Of a DNA stretch of 55,954 bases, positions 40,308-48,660 are shown in pieces. Each line of letters begins with the position of its first letter. Position 1 is the stretch's first letter. The notes under the pieces are model-generated. The model made no database searches and had not been told where the DNA came from. It was given only the letters and a program-made list of their open reading frames with translations. Source of the stretch: an uncultured virus (IMG/VR IMGVR_UViG_3300020056_001325) (taxonomy: Duplodnaviria > Heunggongvirae > Uroviricota > Caudoviricetes); the IMG/VR virus record IMGVR_UViG_3300020056_001325; one strand, written 5' to 3'. The translations under genes were made by a program, and so were the position numbers.

Positions 40308-40612
40308 GAATAGCAGATCTTATTAGAGGCTTTTTAGATATTATTGATGCCGAACAACCTAAAATAGATATTACTATCAACAAAACAGATGATGACCGAC
40401 GTTTTGATCAAGTAAAGGATTTAATTCCCGACGATGATTGCGGATGTGGATCTGTTGCAAATGCACCAAAAGAACAGTATGCTGACATTGAAGCAGTTAC
40501 TACTGACGCTGGTGGCGGTATGCACTCTCCAAAAGAACCAGAAGATATTCGCGGTGAACATGGCTCACTGTTTCGTGACTATCTAGCAAAAGTTCAAAGC
40601 AAAAATAACTAA
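40304..40612 (+). CDS. Hypothetical protein
   Basis: MRIADLIR...; 102 aa, coupled to previous gene. Confidence 0.6.
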   Translation: MRIADLIRGFLDIIDAEQPKIDITINKTDDDRRFDQVKDLIPDDDCGCGSVANAPKEQYADIEAVTTDAGGGMHSPKEPEDIRGEHGSLFRDYLAKVQSKNN

Positions 40613-40615
40613 ATA
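40609..40615 (+). promoter_or_regulatory. Possible late promoter CTAAATA
   Basis: At gene junction before 40642. Confidence 0.5.
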
Positions 40616-40641
40616 ACTCTAGTATTAACCTAGGAGAACAT

Positions 40642-41292
40642 ATGGCCTTTTTAGTTCATAACCTACCACCTATCGAAGTTTTTGTAAAGAAGGAATTCTT
40701 ATATGACCATCAAAAAGGTCACGGAGAAGTTACTCCTGGGTTATGGATTAGTGTTAAAAGTATAGAAGGTAGAGCATTATATTTTGAAACACTACTAACA
40801 GAGTACGGTGCATTATACGATAAATTACCTCTTAGTGCGTTTGTTTGGAAAGAAGATTACTTACATAGCGAACAACTTCCTTTAGATACACTACAGATTT
40901 GGGATTGCTTTGATTACGATATTACAGTAATTAAAAAGCCTATGCTAAGTGATTGTGAATTTTTTGGCAAAGATCGTAAAATGCATAAAGGTGAATATCT
41001 TTTTACTATTGATAATTGTCATAGAGATAAAACTGCTCTTAATCAAAACTTTGCAGAACACGATCCAGAACACAAATCATTTAATGTAATTAAATTAGAC
41101 AACGGACAATTTGCCGCACAACCAAATAACAGAGTAGTGTTTACAGATCAAAGTCTTGTTCCAACTGATCGTAAAACACCAGACTTCAAAGTATGCACCC
41201 AAAACTACACAGTTGAAAATACTCCTAAGTGGAGTGTAGGACACACAGACGAGTGGCACTACAAGGACCGCAACGAAACCTTAGACACCTAG
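40642..41292 (+). CDS. Conserved phage protein of unknown function
   Basis: AGGAG RBS; GALYDKLPLSAF, LQIWDCF, EHKS, NGQFAAQPNNR. Confidence 0.7.
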   Translation: MAFLVHNLPPIEVFVKKEFLYDHQKGHGEVTPGLWISVKSIEGRALYFETLLTEYGALYDKLPLSAFVWKEDYLHSEQLPLDTLQIWDCFDYDITVIKKPMLSDCEFFGKDRKMHKGEYLFTIDNCHRDKTALNQNFAEHDPEHKSFNVIKLDNGQFAAQPNNRVVFTDQSLVPTDRKTPDFKVCTQNYTVENTPKWSVGHTDEWHYKDRNETLDT

Positions 41293-41297
41293 CATAT

Positions 41298-41305
41298 CAT
41301 AAATA
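41298..41305 (+). promoter_or_regulatory. Late promoter CATAAATA (leaderless)
   Basis: ATG 5 nt downstream; no SD. Confidence 0.6.
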
Positions 41306-41310
41306 TTTGC

Positions 41311-41847
41311 ATGGTACCACATATTCAAACTTTTGAGTTTAAAGAACGAGCGAATATTTTTACTGGTATGTTCCACGAAAAGGAATCTATCAAAGCAGAC
41401 CTTATTTCTTGTATTAAGGAACAAGGTGATCAACAATACCATAAAACAAATGTCAAAGCGGATATGACACGTTGGACTATGTATGACAATCCGCATTTCA
41501 AAAAAATTATTGACTTTGCTATAGAACTTTTGGAAGAAGGATTAGATCCAGTACCACAAGGAAATTTTTATGCAACAGATTGCTGGGGTGCAATTTATAA
41601 AAGAGGAGGTGAAACCCTACCACACGCCCATCATCCAGCACTTTGGAGTTTTTGTTATTATGTTGATGCTTCGGAAGAATGTGCTCCTTTAGTATTTCCA
41701 ACTGCTGAAAGAGCCATTCAACCCGAACCAGGTCTTATTGTTATTTTTCCTGGTTGGGTAACACACATGGTACCAATTCAAGAAACAGATTTTGAACGAG
41801 TTATTGTTAGTGGCAATTTGACTATGGAAAGACCACAAGCGACTTGA
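41311..41847 (+). CDS. Putative 2OG-Fe(II) oxygenase (HxH type)
   Basis: WGAIY...PHAH, WSFCYY, IFPGWVTHMV, RVIVSGN. Confidence 0.78.
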   Translation: MVPHIQTFEFKERANIFTGMFHEKESIKADLISCIKEQGDQQYHKTNVKADMTRWTMYDNPHFKKIIDFAIELLEEGLDPVPQGNFYATDCWGAIYKRGGETLPHAHHPALWSFCYYVDASEECAPLVFPTAERAIQPEPGLIVIFPGWVTHMVPIQETDFERVIVSGNLTMERPQAT

Positions 41848-41872
41848 CATTAAGAACAAACGAATATATAAT
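41844..41872 (+). promoter_or_regulatory. Sigma70-type promoter for the polymerase operon
   Basis: TTGACA-17-TATAAT. Confidence 0.85.
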
Positions 41873-41897
41873 ACACATTATAACATAGGAGAAACAA

Positions 41898-42161
41898 ATG
41901 AGTGACCGAACTTACGGCGCAGACGAAAAAGCCAAACTAGAAAGATTGGTTAACGAAGGCGTAACAGTACTTCAAGAAATTTCAGACTTACAAGAAGGTT
42001 TGAAAGATACTGTTAAAGCAGTTGCAGAAGAACTAAACATTAAACCATCACTAATTAACAAAGCAATTAAGATTGCACAAAAAGGTGAATGGGGTAAAGT
42101 TGCTGATGATTTTGACGACCTAGAAACATTGATTGTTACTGTAGGACGTGATAAACTATAA
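41898..42161 (+). CDS. Small coiled-coil DNA-binding protein (T4 DsbA/GapR-like)
   Basis: LERLVNEG...EISDLQEGLKDTVKAVAEELNIKPSLINKAIK; strong sigma70 promoter and AGGAG RBS. Confidence 0.5.
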   Translation: MSDRTYGADEKAKLERLVNEGVTVLQEISDLQEGLKDTVKAVAEELNIKPSLINKAIKIAQKGEWGKVADDFDDLETLIVTVGRDKL

Positions 42162-42442
42162 TGAATAAAATTATCAACTTCTGGAAAGAAGCAAAAAAAC
42201 AAGACCCTTTAGCATTTTGGTTAGAAATGATAGGTACCTTAGTTACTATAGGTGCAAGTATGACTCTAGCCATTAATGCCGCTGACCCGGATATGCGTAT
42301 TGTTTATCCAGGATTTATGCTAGGTTCAGCACTAGCAATTTTTACATATACAAGACGAAAACTTGCATGGCCATTAGTAATGGTTTACTACTTTCTTAGT
42401 GTAAACATTTTTGGATTTGGCGTAGCAATGGGATGGTGGTAA
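42161..42442 (+). CDS. Membrane protein (three TM segments)
   Basis: Three hydrophobic segments. Confidence 0.65.
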   Translation: MNKIINFWKEAKKQDPLAFWLEMIGTLVTIGASMTLAINAADPDMRIVYPGFMLGSALAIFTYTRRKLAWPLVMVYYFLSVNIFGFGVAMGWW

Positions 42443-42447
42443 AATAG

Positions 42448-42759
42448 ATGAAATATATGGTTGACATTGACAACACAATCTGCTATACTAACGATAGTAA
42501 TTATGAAAAAAGTGAACCCGATTTAGATAGAATCGCTCACTTTAATAAGTTGTTTGATGAAGGCCATGACATTCATTATTGGACTGCACGAGGTGCAGTA
42601 TCAGGCAAAGATTGGCAAGACTTTACAATGAAACAACTTAAAGGCTGGGGAGTTAAATTTACTAGTGTAAGATTTGGCAAACCACATTATGATATTTGGA
42701 TAGATGATAAGGCAATAAATGATAAAGAATACTTTAAACAACAAGGAAGTACAGACTAA
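42448..42759 (+). CDS. Minimal HAD-superfamily phosphatase
   Basis: VDIDNT, WTARG, GKP, WIDDK. Confidence 0.78.
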   Translation: MKYMVDIDNTICYTNDSNYEKSEPDLDRIAHFNKLFDEGHDIHYWTARGAVSGKDWQDFTMKQLKGWGVKFTSVRFGKPHYDIWIDDKAINDKEYFKQQGSTD

Positions 42760-42994
42760 ACCCTACCAACCGTTAGCATGGGTGGCAACTGCTGTCTTGC
42801 TATTAGCGGCAACTACGTTATCTGCTTTAGATAATCAAGTTTATGCTACATACGGATTTGGTATTGCATCTACTATTTGGACAGTAGTTGGAATACTTTG
42901 GAAAGAGAAGTCATTAATAGTTTTAAACGGCGTACTAACAATTATATACTTAGTAGGCATTTTTAAACATTTGTATGGTGTTATCGGCCAGTAA
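42719..42994 (+). CDS. Membrane protein (three TM segments)
   Basis: Three hydrophobic segments; GILWKEKSLIVLN. Confidence 0.6.
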   Translation: MIKNTLNNKEVQTKPYQPLAWVATAVLLLAATTLSALDNQVYATYGFGIASTIWTVVGILWKEKSLIVLNGVLTIIYLVGIFKHLYGVIGQ

Positions 42995-43008
42995 ACGATT
43001 AGTTGGTA

Positions 43009-43030
43009 TTTGTCAGCCTGAAGTGACAAA
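43009..43030 (+). promoter_or_regulatory. RNA hairpin directly upstream of the DNA polymerase RBS (candidate translational operator)
   Basis: TTTGTCA-GCCTGAAG-TGACAAA followed by CAGGAG and ATG. Confidence 0.6.
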
Positions 43031-43041
43031 CAGGAGAAAAA

Positions 43042-45711
43042 ATGAGTTATGTAGATGCAATCTTTGATCGCGACCAAGATATTATTCGTGTAGTAGAACG
43101 AAAAGACGGTAAGCGACACCTTACAGAATATCCAATTAAATATACATTCTATTATAAAGACCAAAGAGGAAAGTATAAAAGTATCTTTGGCGATCCGTTA
43201 TCACGTATTGTAGCAAAAAATACAAAGCAATTTAGAAAAGAACTTGCTATTAATCAAAACAAAGAACTGTTTGAAAGTGATATTAATCCTATATTCCAAT
43301 GTTTAAGTGAAAATTATTTAAACGTTGATGCTCCAAAACTAAATGTTTGCTTCTTTGACATTGAGACTGACTTTGATCCAGAACGTGGATTCGCAGATCC
43401 AAGCGATCCATTTATGCCAATTACTGCAATTACAGTACACTTACAATGGCTAGATAGTCTTGTTACATTTGCAATGCCGCCTAAAGGTTTGACAATGGAA
43501 CAAGCAAAAGAAGAAGTAAAAGAATTTCCAAACACATACTTGTATGATAACGAAGGCGATATGCTTGAAGCATTCTTAGATATTATTCAAGATGCAGATA
43601 TACTAAGTGGTTGGAACAGTGAAGGTTATGATATTCCTTACACAGTTAATCGTGTTGCTCGTGTACTAAGCAAAGATGATACAAGACGTTTTTGTTTATG
43701 GAAACAACTTCCTAAAAAACGTGAGTATGAAAAGTTTGGTAAAACAGCACAAACCTATGACCTAGTAGGCAGAGTGCATTTAGATAGTTTGGAATTATAT
43801 CGTAAATACACATATGAAGAAAGACATACTTACAGACTTGATGCCATTGGTGAAATGGAAGTCGGCGAAAACAAAACTGTTTACGAAGGTACGCTCGATC
43901 AACTTTATAACAATGATTTCAGAAAGTTCATCGAATACAACCGACAAGACGTTGCACTACTGGACAAGTTGGACCAAAAACTAAAGTTCATTGACCTATC
44001 AAATGAACTAGCACACGCAAATACGGTTTTGCTACAGACCACAATGGGTGCGGTAGCAGTTACAGAACAAGCAATTATTAACGAAGCACATCACAGAGGA
44101 CTACAAGTTCCTAACAGGACAAAACGTGAACCAGGTAGTGATCCTGCGGCAGGTGCTTATGTTGCATTTCCTAAAAAAGGTGTACACAAGTGGATTGGTT
44201 CGATGGACTTGAATTCACTATATCCATCTGTGATTCGTGCATTGAATATGGATCCAGCAACTATCGTTGGACAACTACGTCCTGATCACACACAAGCATA
44301 CTTAGAAGAAGCAATGACATTGCAAAAGAAATCATTTGCAGGTGCTTGGGAAGGTAAGTTTGGAACATTAGAATATGATGCAGTTATGGAAAAGAGAAAA
44401 GACTTTGACATTACTGTAGACTGGGAAGGTAAAGAACCTGAAGTATATAGTGCGGCAGAAGTTCATAAAATTATCTTTGATAGCAATAACCCTTGGATGC
44501 TTACAGCAAACGGAACAATACTTACAACCGAGTTTGATGGTGTTATTCCAGGACTACTAAAACGTTGGTATGCTGAACGTAAAGAACTCCAAGCAATGAA
44601 GAAGAAGGCAATTGATGCAGGAAACAAAATTGAAATTGCATTTTGGGACAAAAGGCAACTTGTTAAAAAGATTAATCTTAACTCTCTTTACGGGGCCATT
44701 CTTAATCCTGGTTGCAGATTTTTTGACCCGAGGATAGGACAATCAACTACACTAACAGGTAGACAAATTGCAAAACATATGGCCGCTGAAGTAAACAAAG
44801 TTATTACAGGTACATATGATCACGTAGGCGAAAGTGTTATCTATGGTGATACTGACTCTGTGTACTTTAGTGCATATCCAGTTCTTAAGAAAGAAATTGA
44901 AGAAGGTCAAATACCGTGGACTAAAGAAAGTGTAATTAAACTTTATGACCAAGTATGCGATGAAGCAAACAGTTCTTTTGAAGCCTTTATGGCAAAGGCA
45001 TTTCACTGTCCAAAGAGTCGTTCAGATGTTATTGCGGCAGGTAGAGAAATTGTTGCTGAAACAGGATTATACATTACAAAGAAACGTTATGCGGCACTTG
45101 TATATGATGAAGAAGGTGAACGTAAAGATGTTGATGGCAAGCCAGGTAAAGTAAAAGCAATGGGTCTTGATCTTAAACGTTCAGATACTCCTGTGTTTAT
45201 GCAGGAATTTTTAAGTGAACTATTACTTATGGTTTTAAAAGAAGCATCTGAAAAAGAAGTATTAGATCGTATTACAGAATTTAGAACTGAATTTAAAATA
45301 CGTCCTGGCTTTGAAAAAGGCTCGCCTAAACGTGCAAACAAGATTGGTGAATACTTACGAAAAGAACAACGTGATGGCAAAACAAATATGCCTGGTCACG
45401 TTCGAGCAAGTATCAATTGGAATACACTGAAGAAAATGAACGGTGACAAATACTCGCAAGAAATTGTAGATGGTATGAAAGTTATTGTTTGTAAACTAAA
45501 ACAGAATCCATTAGGGTATACAAGTGTTGCATATCCTACAGATGAACTACGTTTGCCGGACTGGTTTAAAGAACTTCCATTTGATGACGATGCTATGGAA
45601 GGTACTATTATTGATAATAAACTAGATAACCTTATCGGTGTGTTGGATTATGATCTAAGTAGTACACAACAGAAAAATACGTTTAACAATTTATTTGACT
45701 TTGGAGAATAA
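43042..45711 (+). CDS. Family B DNA polymerase with 3'-5' exonuclease
   Basis: FDIETD, GWNSEGYDIPY, YNRQD, DLNSLYPS, KINLNSLYG, YGDTDS, KKRY. Confidence 0.96.
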   Translation: MSYVDAIFDRDQDIIRVVERKDGKRHLTEYPIKYTFYYKDQRGKYKSIFGDPLSRIVAKNTKQFRKELAINQNKELFESDINPIFQCLSENYLNVDAPKLNVCFFDIETDFDPERGFADPSDPFMPITAITVHLQWLDSLVTFAMPPKGLTMEQAKEEVKEFPNTYLYDNEGDMLEAFLDIIQDADILSGWNSEGYDIPYTVNRVARVLSKDDTRRFCLWKQLPKKREYEKFGKTAQTYDLVGRVHLDSLELYRKYTYEERHTYRLDAIGEMEVGENKTVYEGTLDQLYNNDFRKFIEYNRQDVALLDKLDQKLKFIDLSNELAHANTVLLQTTMGAVAVTEQAIINEAHHRGLQVPNRTKREPGSDPAAGAYVAFPKKGVHKWIGSMDLNSLYPSVIRALNMDPATIVGQLRPDHTQAYLEEAMTLQKKSFAGAWEGKFGTLEYDAVMEKRKDFDITVDWEGKEPEVYSAAEVHKIIFDSNNPWMLTANGTILTTEFDGVIPGLLKRWYAERKELQAMKKKAIDAGNKIEIAFWDKRQLVKKINLNSLYGAILNPGCRFFDPRIGQSTTLTGRQIAKHMAAEVNKVITGTYDHVGESVIYGDTDSVYFSAYPVLKKEIEEGQIPWTKESVIKLYDQVCDEANSSFEAFMAKAFHCPKSRSDVIAAGREIVAETGLYITKKRYAALVYDEEGERKDVDGKPGKVKAMGLDLKRSDTPVFMQEFLSELLLMVLKEASEKEVLDRITEFRTEFKIRPGFEKGSPKRANKIGEYLRKEQRDGKTNMPGHVRASINWNTLKKMNGDKYSQEIVDGMKVIVCKLKQNPLGYTSVAYPTDELRLPDWFKELPFDDDAMEGTIIDNKLDNLIGVLDYDLSSTQQKNTFNNLFDFGE

Positions 45712-46254
45712 ATGGCTACTCACGGAATGATAGACTTAGAAACACTTGGTGTAGAACCAGATAGTGTAGTTATTACACTTGGTGCTATTAAGTTTGATCC
45801 ATACTCTGATACAGAGCCACATGATGGATTATATCTACGTTGTGATATCGAAGAGCAATCAGAAAAGTATAATCGTTCAATTGATGATAATACTCTTGCT
45901 TGGTGGGGTAGACAAGAACAAAATATTCAAGACGAAGCATTTGGTGATCATGAGAATAGAGTAAACATGGATACACTTACAAAAGCAATTAATAAATGGT
46001 GTGTTGGACTTGACCAACTTTGGTGTCAAGGTCCGTTGTTTGACTACGCTATTCTACAAAATTTATACAAACAAGTAGGAAAACCTTGCCCATGGAACTA
46101 TTGGCAAATTAGAGACAGCAGAACTCTATTTAGTATGATGCCAAGTGATCCACGTAAGGCAATACAAGAAGAGGCTCACAACGCACTAGCAGATTGTTAT
46201 TATCAAGCAAAGTGTGTCCAATCAACCTTTAAACATTTTGGAGTGAAAAAATGA
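45712..46254 (+). CDS. DEDDh 3'-5' exonuclease (DexA/exonuclease VIII-like)
   Basis: MIDLETL, FDYAIL, RDSRT, HNALAD. Confidence 0.85.
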   Translation: MATHGMIDLETLGVEPDSVVITLGAIKFDPYSDTEPHDGLYLRCDIEEQSEKYNRSIDDNTLAWWGRQEQNIQDEAFGDHENRVNMDTLTKAINKWCVGLDQLWCQGPLFDYAILQNLYKQVGKPCPWNYWQIRDSRTLFSMMPSDPRKAIQEEAHNALADCYYQAKCVQSTFKHFGVKK

Positions 46255-46580
46255 AATTCGGTAACTGGGATATAGGCGGTGAAGTTGTTAAACAAGATGA
46301 CCGCTATACTGTAAAAGATAATAAAGGATTAAAAAATCTTATTGTAAGTAGTACTAGATTAAGACCTAATAAAAGTACAACAGGACATAAACACGAAGGT
46401 CAAGAAGAAGTTTACTTGTTTATCGAAGGTACAGGTAATATGCAACTTGATGATGAAACGTTTAGTGTTTATCCAGGCGATACAGTACTAATTCAAGACG
46501 GAGTATTTCATCGTGTACACGCAGGTGATGAAGAATTATACTTTGTTTGTGTGTTTGATGGAAAGAGATACGATGCGTGA
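46251..46580 (+). CDS. Cupin-domain protein
   Basis: GHKH..QEEVY.F.EG.G...PGD...I..G.FHRV. Confidence 0.85.
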   Translation: MKFGNWDIGGEVVKQDDRYTVKDNKGLKNLIVSSTRLRPNKSTTGHKHEGQEEVYLFIEGTGNMQLDDETFSVYPGDTVLIQDGVFHRVHAGDEELYFVCVFDGKRYDA

Positions 46581-46962
46581 TGATCTAATGGTTCAACAGC
46601 AAGTCGACAATGTATGGCAACATATGGTTGGCGTTATATGTCTTAATCAGGTAAACAGGCGTCAAACTAAACCTGTACTTACAGAGTTCTTTAGACGTTG
46701 GCCTACACATAGTAGTTTGCTATATGCTACTAAAAAAGAAATTGAAGATGTGCTAAAGCCGTTAGGTATGCAACGTGTTCGAGCAGAAAGACTGTATCGA
46801 ATGAGCGAACAATTTGAAGATTGGGATGGAGAAGATGCTACACAATTATACGGTATTGGTAAGTACGGTTCTGACAGTTATAGACTTTTTTATAAAAATG
46901 AAATACCTACAGATGTGCAAGACAAAGAATTAAAAAGATACATTGCTGAGGAATTAGTATGA
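46573..46962 (+). CDS. HhH-GPD DNA glycosylase, MBD4-like minimal domain
   Basis: WQHMVGVICLNQ, LKPLG...RA, LYGIGKYGSDSYRLF, DKEL; start placed at MRDD. Confidence 0.8.
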   Translation: MRDDLMVQQQVDNVWQHMVGVICLNQVNRRQTKPVLTEFFRRWPTHSSLLYATKKEIEDVLKPLGMQRVRAERLYRMSEQFEDWDGEDATQLYGIGKYGSDSYRLFYKNEIPTDVQDKELKRYIAEELV

Positions 46963-47714
46963 AAATTTTACTAACAGGACATAAAGGTTTAGTAGGTCAA
47001 GAACTATATGCAGAGTTAGTAAAAGAACATTTTGTAATTGGTATTGATAGACTAGAAGGTAATGATATACTTGATCTAGAAATAAACTTTGATGTTGATT
47101 TAGTAATTCATCTTGCCGGAGAATCAGGACTACGAAGAAGCATTGATAATCCAAAACTGTTTTGGGAAAATAATGTTATAGCATCTAAAAAGATTTTTCA
47201 AAGTTTTCCAAACACAAGAATTTTGTATGCTAGTTCTAGCACAGCCAAAGAACCTTTTTTAAATCCTTATGCGATGACTAAAAAGGTTATGGAAGAAATT
47301 GCGCCAGATAACAGTTTAGGTATGCGATTTACAACTATATATAATAACAAGCAGACAAGGCCCAATATGTTTATACCTCGATTACTAAGAAACGATGTCC
47401 CCTACGTTACCAACCATAAAAGAGATTTTATTCACGTCAGTGATATTGTAAACGCAATTCTACTATTAATCAAAACAGATACCAAAGGAATAATTGATAT
47501 TGGTACAGGAACGTCTGTAGCACTTACAGATTTAACTAAATTGGCAAACATTGATCCTGAACAAACAACTAAGGACAATGAACGTATGGACAATACAGCC
47601 GATATAACTGTCTTAAAGAATTTAGGGTGGAAGCCGAAAGTTAATATTTTTGACTTTATTGAGACCAATAAAGAACTTGACTTTTCGCAAAAACCTAAAT
47701 ATAATGTAATATAA
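46959..47714 (+). CDS. NAD-dependent nucleotide-sugar epimerase/dehydratase
   Basis: LTGHKGLVG, HLAG, YASSS, YAMTK, RDFIHV. Confidence 0.88.
   Translation: MKILLTGHKGLVGQELYAELVKEHFVIGIDRLEGNDILDLEINFDVDLVIHLAGESGLRRSIDNPKLFWENNVIASKKIFQSFPNTRILYASSSTAKEPFLNPYAMTKKVMEEIAPDNSLGMRFTTIYNNKQTRPNMFIPRLLRNDVPYVTNHKRDFIHVSDIVNAILLLIKTDTKGIIDIGTGTSVALTDLTKLANIDPEQTTKDNERMDNTADITVLKNLGWKPKVNIFDFIETNKELDFSQKPKYNVI
47677..47705 (+). promoter_or_regulatory. Sigma70-type promoter overlapping a CTAAATA box
   Basis: TTGACT-17-TATAAT. Confidence 0.8.
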
Positions 47715-47728
47715 AGGAGAAGCAACCA

Positions 47729-48460
47729 ATGAAAGACATTTTACAAGACGTTGTCGCACACACACATTCACTAGGTTTTCTTAATCTAGTTAAAGTAAGT
47801 GGCGATGATCAATCAACAACAATCGAAAGTATGGCAGAAGATAGAAGTGTTATCTTAACTGCAAAAGCAAAGAATTCCGTAGGCGAGTTCAATGGTACTT
47901 TTGGTATGCCTAACTTAGACAAGTTAGCACTACACTTAAAGAATCCTGAGTATCAAAAGAACGCAAAACTTTCTGTAGAGAAAGCAGAACGTAATGGCGA
48001 AACTGTTCCAACACACATTCACTTTGAAAACGAAGCAGGTGACTTCCAAAATGATTATCGTTTTATGAACAAACAAATCATTGAAGAAAAACTAAAGAGT
48101 GTTAAGTTTAAAGGTGCAAGTTGGGAAGTAGAGTTTGAGCCAACTGTTGCAAGTATTAATAGAATGAAACTACAAAGTGCGGCGCATTCAGAAGAGCCAA
48201 CTTTTAATGTTTCAACTAACGGTGATAACCTAGTGTTTAGTTTTGGTGATCACAGTACACACGCTGGTAAGTTTAATTTCCAAACAGGTGTAACTGGTGC
48301 ATTACAACACACTTGGGCATGGCCTGTAGCACAAGTACAAGCAATTCTAAATCTTGATGGTAAATTAAACATGAAGATTTCAGATCAAGGTGCTATGCAA
48401 ATCACAGTAGATAGTGGAATGGTTGAGTACGATTATATTCTTCCAGCACAATCTAAGTAA
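47729..48460 (+). CDS. Putative sliding clamp (gp45/PCNA-like)
   Basis: 243 aa, two-domain alternating alpha/beta pattern, C-terminal YDYILPA; clamp loader and PolB in the same window. Confidence 0.5.
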   Translation: MKDILQDVVAHTHSLGFLNLVKVSGDDQSTTIESMAEDRSVILTAKAKNSVGEFNGTFGMPNLDKLALHLKNPEYQKNAKLSVEKAERNGETVPTHIHFENEAGDFQNDYRFMNKQIIEEKLKSVKFKGASWEVEFEPTVASINRMKLQSAAHSEEPTFNVSTNGDNLVFSFGDHSTHAGKFNFQTGVTGALQHTWAWPVAQVQAILNLDGKLNMKISDQGAMQITVDSGMVEYDYILPAQSK

Positions 48461-48467
48461 GGAGTTT

Positions 48468-48659
48468 ATGCCGAAACCAGGTATAATAGAACGTTTAGGA
48501 AAGTGGCATTCGAGGATATTTGAATATGTTAGCAACAAAGCAAAAACATCAAAACTATGGGCCGTGTTGCTCACTATTTTGGTTGTATATGAGTTGGTTG
48601 AGCATTTGGTTTATCCTTGGCTTGTTCCTCTCTTAGCATTTAAGGCATTTGGAGAATAA
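48468..48659 (+). CDS. Small membrane protein
   Basis: AAGGAG RBS before MPKPG; hydrophobic C-terminal half. Confidence 0.6.
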   Translation: MPKPGIIERLGKWHSRIFEYVSNKAKTSKLWAVLLTILVVYELVEHLVYPWLVPLLAFKAFGE

Positions 48660-48660
48660 T

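Noticed and set aside
43042..45711. Intein or intron in the DNA polymerase (also checked thyX, clpA, phoH)
   Set aside because: Motifs are contiguous and lengths normal; no splice-junction or LAGLIDADG motifs seen.
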